NCBI RefSeq assembly: GCF_006345805.1
Contig: NW_021827612.1
Span: 1-10,403 of the forward strand
Length of the DNA: 10,403 bases
Origin: Octopus sinensis
Lineage: Eukaryota
Direction: 5' to 3'
Made by a program: the position numbers and the translations under genes. Positions 6,923 through 10,403 of this stretch are shown here, in pieces (the first letter of the stretch is position 1; each line of letters opens with the position of its first letter). Below the pieces are notes generated by a model, which ran no database searches, was not told the origin of the DNA, and saw only the letters and a program-made list of their open reading frames with translations.

Positions 6923-7186
6923 CACACGCGTCGGCTGCGGGGTCACTCCGAAAAGCTCTATCTGCGACGATTTCATCTCAATCGAAGGAGAGGGGCTTTC
7001 TCCGTCCAGGTTGCGGATTCATGGAATAAGCTGCCGGACGAGATGGTGAAGATGCCGACGACCGCTCGGTTCAAAGTCTCCCTTGACCACAAGTGGCCGG
7101 AACTCTTTACATGAACACCACCCTGTACATAACTCCATGTCCCCCTACATGGCCTTGCTTTTTGAGCCAAAAATTAACTAACTAAC
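6923..7186 (+). mobile_element. 5'-truncated CR1-clade LINE: ORF2 C-terminus, short 3' UTR and (TAAC)n tail
   Basis: The frame ending at TGA 7112-7114 encodes HTRRLRGHSEKLYLRRFHLNRRRGAFSVQVADSWNKLPDEMVKMPTTARFKVSLDHKW. This fits the CR1 ORF2 C-terminal pattern RGH..KL...FS.RV...WN.LP......S...FK..LD. A microsatellite tail AACTAACTAAC follows at ~7176-7186. Confidence 0.85.
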
Positions 7187-7204
7187 ACACATGCACACAC
7201 ACTT

Positions 7205-7534
7205 TTTTTTCCATGCTTGTATGTATTGGAGGGAGTTCTTTGAGTCAAATGCTTTCCACGGCTGGGTGCCCTCTCTGTCACCAAACCTCACTTGTTTCTA
7301 AGCAAAGTAATATTTTCCCATCGCCTGACATGTTCTTACATAACACTGGGAATGAATGACACCGCCTCTATGACAGGGATGCTCATTTACAACTATCATG
7401 CGGTGTGAAAACATGAACAAACACACATTAACACCCATAAGAGGCTTCTTTCAGTTTCCCTCTACTAAATCCGTTTGCAATGTTTTGTAGAAATACTTGC
7501 CCAAGGTACCATACAGTGAAACAGAACCAAGAAC
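7205..7534 (-). mobile_element. Chimeric SINE: family A CORE-like block joined through a CA tract to a different 3' module with a D-type end
   Basis: 7440-7534 matches family A (GGCTTCTTTCAGTTTCC, CTTGCCCAAGGT). TTTCCACGGCTGGGTGCCC...CACCAAACC (7253-7287) and CCATGCTTG (7211) match the D-type 3' end. The sequence in between differs from the usual A 3' module. Confidence 0.65.
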
Positions 7535-7598
7535 TTCCGGCACATTCCTTCGTTTTATATCCATTTCTCAATGCTGGCATCAGTCGGACAGATCTTAG

Positions 7599-8009
7599 AC
7601 TCTTTTACTCTTTTACTTGTTTCAGTCATTTGACTGTGGCCATGCTGGAGCACTGCCTTTAGTCGAGCAAATCAACCCTGGAACTTATTCTTTGTAAGCC
7701 CAGTACTTATTCTATCGGTCTCTTTTGCCGAACCGCTAAGTGACGGCAACGTAAACACACCAGCATCGGTTGTCAAGCAATGCTAGGGGGACAAACACAG
7801 ACACAAACATATACACGCACATACATATATATATATACGTATATACGACAGGCTTCCTTCAGTTTGCGTCTACCAAATCCACTCACAAGGCTTTGGTTGG
7901 CCCGAGGCTATAGCAGAAGACACTTGCCCAAGGTGCTACGCAGTGGGACTGAACCCGGAACCATGTGGTCGGTAAGCAAGCTACTTACCACACAGCCACT
8001 CCTGCGCCT
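7599..8009 (-). mobile_element. SINE family A, full-length copy (~410 bp)
   Basis: The minus strand reads AGGCGCAGGAGTGGCTGTGTGGTAAG (A box), GGGTTCAGTCC (B box), CACCTTGGGCAAG (CORE-like), an internal TA/TG microsatellite, a 3' module and a (TAAAAGAG)n tail. Confidence 0.9.
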
Positions 8010-8249
8010 ATTGAGTATTTTTATGTTTGGGTGCTCTACCTGTCACCAACACTTACCCATTTTTTTTAAATATTGGAATGTTTTTGTTTAGTTTTATTCT
8101 TTAGAATTCTGTTCAACTTAGAATGCACACAACTATAGGATGTATTGTTTGCAGGGAACATTGACTAAATAACACCGTTTTTAGCTCAGTCAGTCTTATG
8201 CAAAGAGGTGGGAATGAAAACTTACACACACAAACACACACACACACAT

Positions 8250-8420
8250 AGGTGTTAAGCGTAGCTGTGTGGTAAGAAGTTTGCTTCCCACCCAAACGAT
8301 TCCAGGTTCAGTCCCACTGTGAGGTACCTTGGGCAAGTGTCTTCTACTATAGCTTTCATCTGACCAAAACTTTGTGAGTGAATTTGACAGATGGAAACTG
8401 AAGGAAGCCTGTCGTATATA
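8250..8420 (+). mobile_element. SINE family A 5' half (head to internal microsatellite)
   Basis: GCTGTGTGGTAAGAAG, AGGTTCAGTCCC, ACCTTGGGCAAGTG, GGAAACTGAAGGAAGCCTGTCGTATATA. Confidence 0.85.
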
Positions 8421-8442
8421 TATTTTCATATATATATATATA

Positions 8443-8594
8443 ATCATCATCATCGTTTAACGTCCGTTTTCCATGCTAGCATGGGTTGAGCGATTTTGAC
8501 TGAGGGCTGACAACCAGATGCCAGTTTGATCTGGCAGAGTTTCTACAGCTGGATGTCTTTCCTAATGCCAACCACTCCGAGAGTGTAGTGGGTG
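8443..8594 (-). mobile_element. 3' fragment of retroelement D
   Basis: Colinear with 4493-4660; stops at GGGTG, exactly where the 68-bp array begins in the other copy. Confidence 0.85.
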
Positions 8595-8604
8595 TATATA
8601 TATA

Positions 8605-8814
8605 TTCTTTTCTACTCTAGGCACAAGGCCCGAAATTTCAAGGGAGGGACCAGTCTATTAGATCGACCTCAGTACGCAACTGGTACTTAATTTATTGACC
8701 CCGAAAGGTTGAAAGATATAGTTGACCTCAGTGGAATTTGAACTCAGAATGTAAAGAGAGATGTAATACCACTGTTTCACCCAGCATGCTAACGTTTCTC
8801 CCAGCTCGCCGCCT
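8605..8814 (-). mobile_element. tRNA-derived SINE, family C, copy 1
   Basis: On the minus strand the head is AGGCGGCGAGCTGGGAGAAACG, the B box is GAGTTCAAATTCC, and the central block is TTCAACCTTTCGGGGTCAATAAATTAAGTACCAG. Colinear with 8830-9057. Confidence 0.8.
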
Positions 8815-8829
8815 TTGACGGAATATATA

Positions 8830-9057
8830 TTCTTTTCTTCTCTAGGTACAAGGCTCGAAATTTTTCGGATGTGAGTGGTGGGTAGGGGGCAGTTGATTAG
8901 ATTGACCCCAGTACACAACTGGTACTTAATTTATCGACCCCGAAAGGATGAAAGGCAAAGTTGACCTCGGTGGAATTTGAACTCAGAACATAATGATGGG
9001 TGAAATACCGCTAAGTGCTTCACCCACCATGCTAACATTTCTGCCAGCTTGCAGCCT
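8830..9057 (-). mobile_element. tRNA-derived SINE, family C, copy 2
   Basis: Same architecture as copy 1, with central block GCCTTTCATCCTTTCGGGGTCGATAAATTAAGTACCAG. Confidence 0.8.
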
Positions 9058-9070
9058 ATATATATATATA

Positions 9071-9114
<44 letters not shown>
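9058..9114. repeat. (TA)n/(CA)n microsatellite
   Basis: Direct reading of the sequence. Confidence 0.9.
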
Positions 9115-9115
<1 letters not shown>

Positions 9116-9177
9116 TTTATTTATTTATTGGTTAAACTGGCAAAATGACCATTCCGAAATATAATAATATATATATA

Positions 9178-9500
9178 TTTTTTTTTTTTTTTTATGTGCC
9201 CTTTTCAAGCCTAGCCAGGCCCATGGGTCCAGTTTCCTGGTTTCTATGACGTATGTGTTCCCCCCCCCCAGCTGGACAGGACGCCAGTCCATCACAGCGT
9301 TACTCAAGAAACAGGAAGAAAGCAGGAGAGAAAGTTGGGGTGAAAGAGTACAACAGGGATTGCCACCACCCCCTGCCGGAACCTCGTGGAGTTTTTAGGT
9401 GTTTTCGCTCAATAAACGCACACAACGCCCGGTCTGAGAATCGAAACCGTAATCCTCCGACCGCGAGTCCACTGCCCTAACCACTAGGCCATTGTGCCTC

Positions 9501-9503
<3 letters not shown>
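9178..9503 (-). mobile_element. tRNA-derived SINE, family F, full length with A16 tail
   Basis: The minus strand reads GTGGAGGCACAATGGCCTAGTGGTTAGGGC (A box) ... GGTTTCGATTC (B box), then a body containing GATGGACTGGCGTCCTGTCCAG. The poly(A) tail is the T run at 9178-9193. Confidence 0.85.
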
Positions 9504-9539
<36 letters not shown>

Positions 9540-9544
9540 TATAA

Positions 9545-9578
<34 letters not shown>

Positions 9579-9590
9579 CCACACACACAC
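9504..9590. repeat. (TA)n followed by (CA)n microsatellite
   Basis: Direct reading of the sequence. Confidence 0.95.
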
Positions 9591-9593
9591 TCA

Positions 9594-9971
9594 CTAGCAG
9601 TATCGCCAGCGTTGCTCGTGCTTGTTTCGCCCTTTAGAATTGGAATTTTTGAAAAGTAAAATTTTGCATTATGTAGCTTGTTATTTATTTGATTGAACAA
9701 CATTGAAAAATGGCGACACAGCAGTCAAAAGATCGTAAAAAAAATAGGGATTTTCATAGAAAAAAAAGCACCTTTTTGATGTAAATAATTTTTGGTGTTA
9801 ACATGGTCCGATTTGAATTGTTTCTTCTACGGAAGGAAGAGCAAGCCTTCTTCTATCATACTCTCAATTTTGGTCAACTTGTGCCGTAGGGTCTCGGAGG
9901 AGATAGTGTTAGTTGAAGGCTATCAAACCTGCCATACTCAGACAACTTAGCTTTATATATATATATATATA
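9594..9971 (-). mobile_element. Non-autonomous Helitron-like element
   Basis: The minus-strand 3' end reads ...GCACGAGCAACGCTGGCGATACTG-CTAG|T: a degenerate GC-rich palindrome ~7 nt before a terminal CTAG, then T. This is the established Helitron 3' signature. The other end runs into (TA)n and the canonical 5' TC is not resolved. Confidence 0.6.
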
Positions 9972-10403
9972 CAAAAAGCAATAAAGATTCAAGTTAATTT
10001 AAATGAATTTACTTGAATATGGTACCTAACTTAGATGCACCAAAAAAAAACTATAGTGTTTTAACAATACAGTAATGTGGGGTGATTATATTTAAATTAA
10101 AATTCTGTGATAAGACTGTACATCATCTTTAAAGAACTTAATGAACTTTGGAAATCTGTTTATGTTACTTAATTATTACATCACTTCATGAGTATAGCCT
10201 CAACCACTAGGATGTCTAGAGAACTCACATGTATTTTAGCTGATGAGTACGGGACACGTTATATGCTGTAATTTTTGCAACTTTAATAAAGCCTGTCCTG
10301 TATGAAACGATTGTACTAAAAACCTATCCATTCTTGTTGCTTTCTTTTCGCGTATATATATATATAATTCCATGAGAGTTAGAAGTTGTGAATCCAACCA
10401 ATT

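Noticed and set aside
6450-9503. Genuine tRNA genes at the A-box/B-box motifs
   Set aside because: The heads lack complete cloverleaf pairing and a T-run terminator, and continue into repeated SINE bodies.
10020-10403. Possible exon or regulatory site in the terminal unique sequence
   Set aside because: No ORF, convincing splice pair or repeat match is visible; it is ordinary AT-rich DNA.

Overview
AT-rich eukaryotic (animal) non-coding DNA made almost entirely of transposon-derived sequence joined by TA/CA/CT microsatellites. The repeat families resemble, from recall rather than a database search, those of octopus/cephalopod genomes. No host protein-coding gene is supported. The only credible peptide is the C-terminal end of a CR1-type LINE ORF2 (6923-7114). 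The window contains at least four tRNA-headed SINE families (called A, B, C, F here), a (GAT)n-tailed non-autonomous retroelement (D), a Helitron-like element, and six copies of a ~220-bp TTAA-flanked piggyBac-type MITE. The most unusual structures are: (1) MITE concatemers whose units are separated by the same 15-16-bp spacer, present as a forward dimer and a reverse tetramer that together form a ~390-bp-arm inverted repeat; (2) a 68-bp double-hairpin minisatellite with strict A/B alternation (136-bp higher-order repeat) inside element D; (3) a 5'-truncated SINE flanked by a ~100-bp direct duplication that looks like a very long target-site duplication; (4) one SINE head joined to two different 3' modules.
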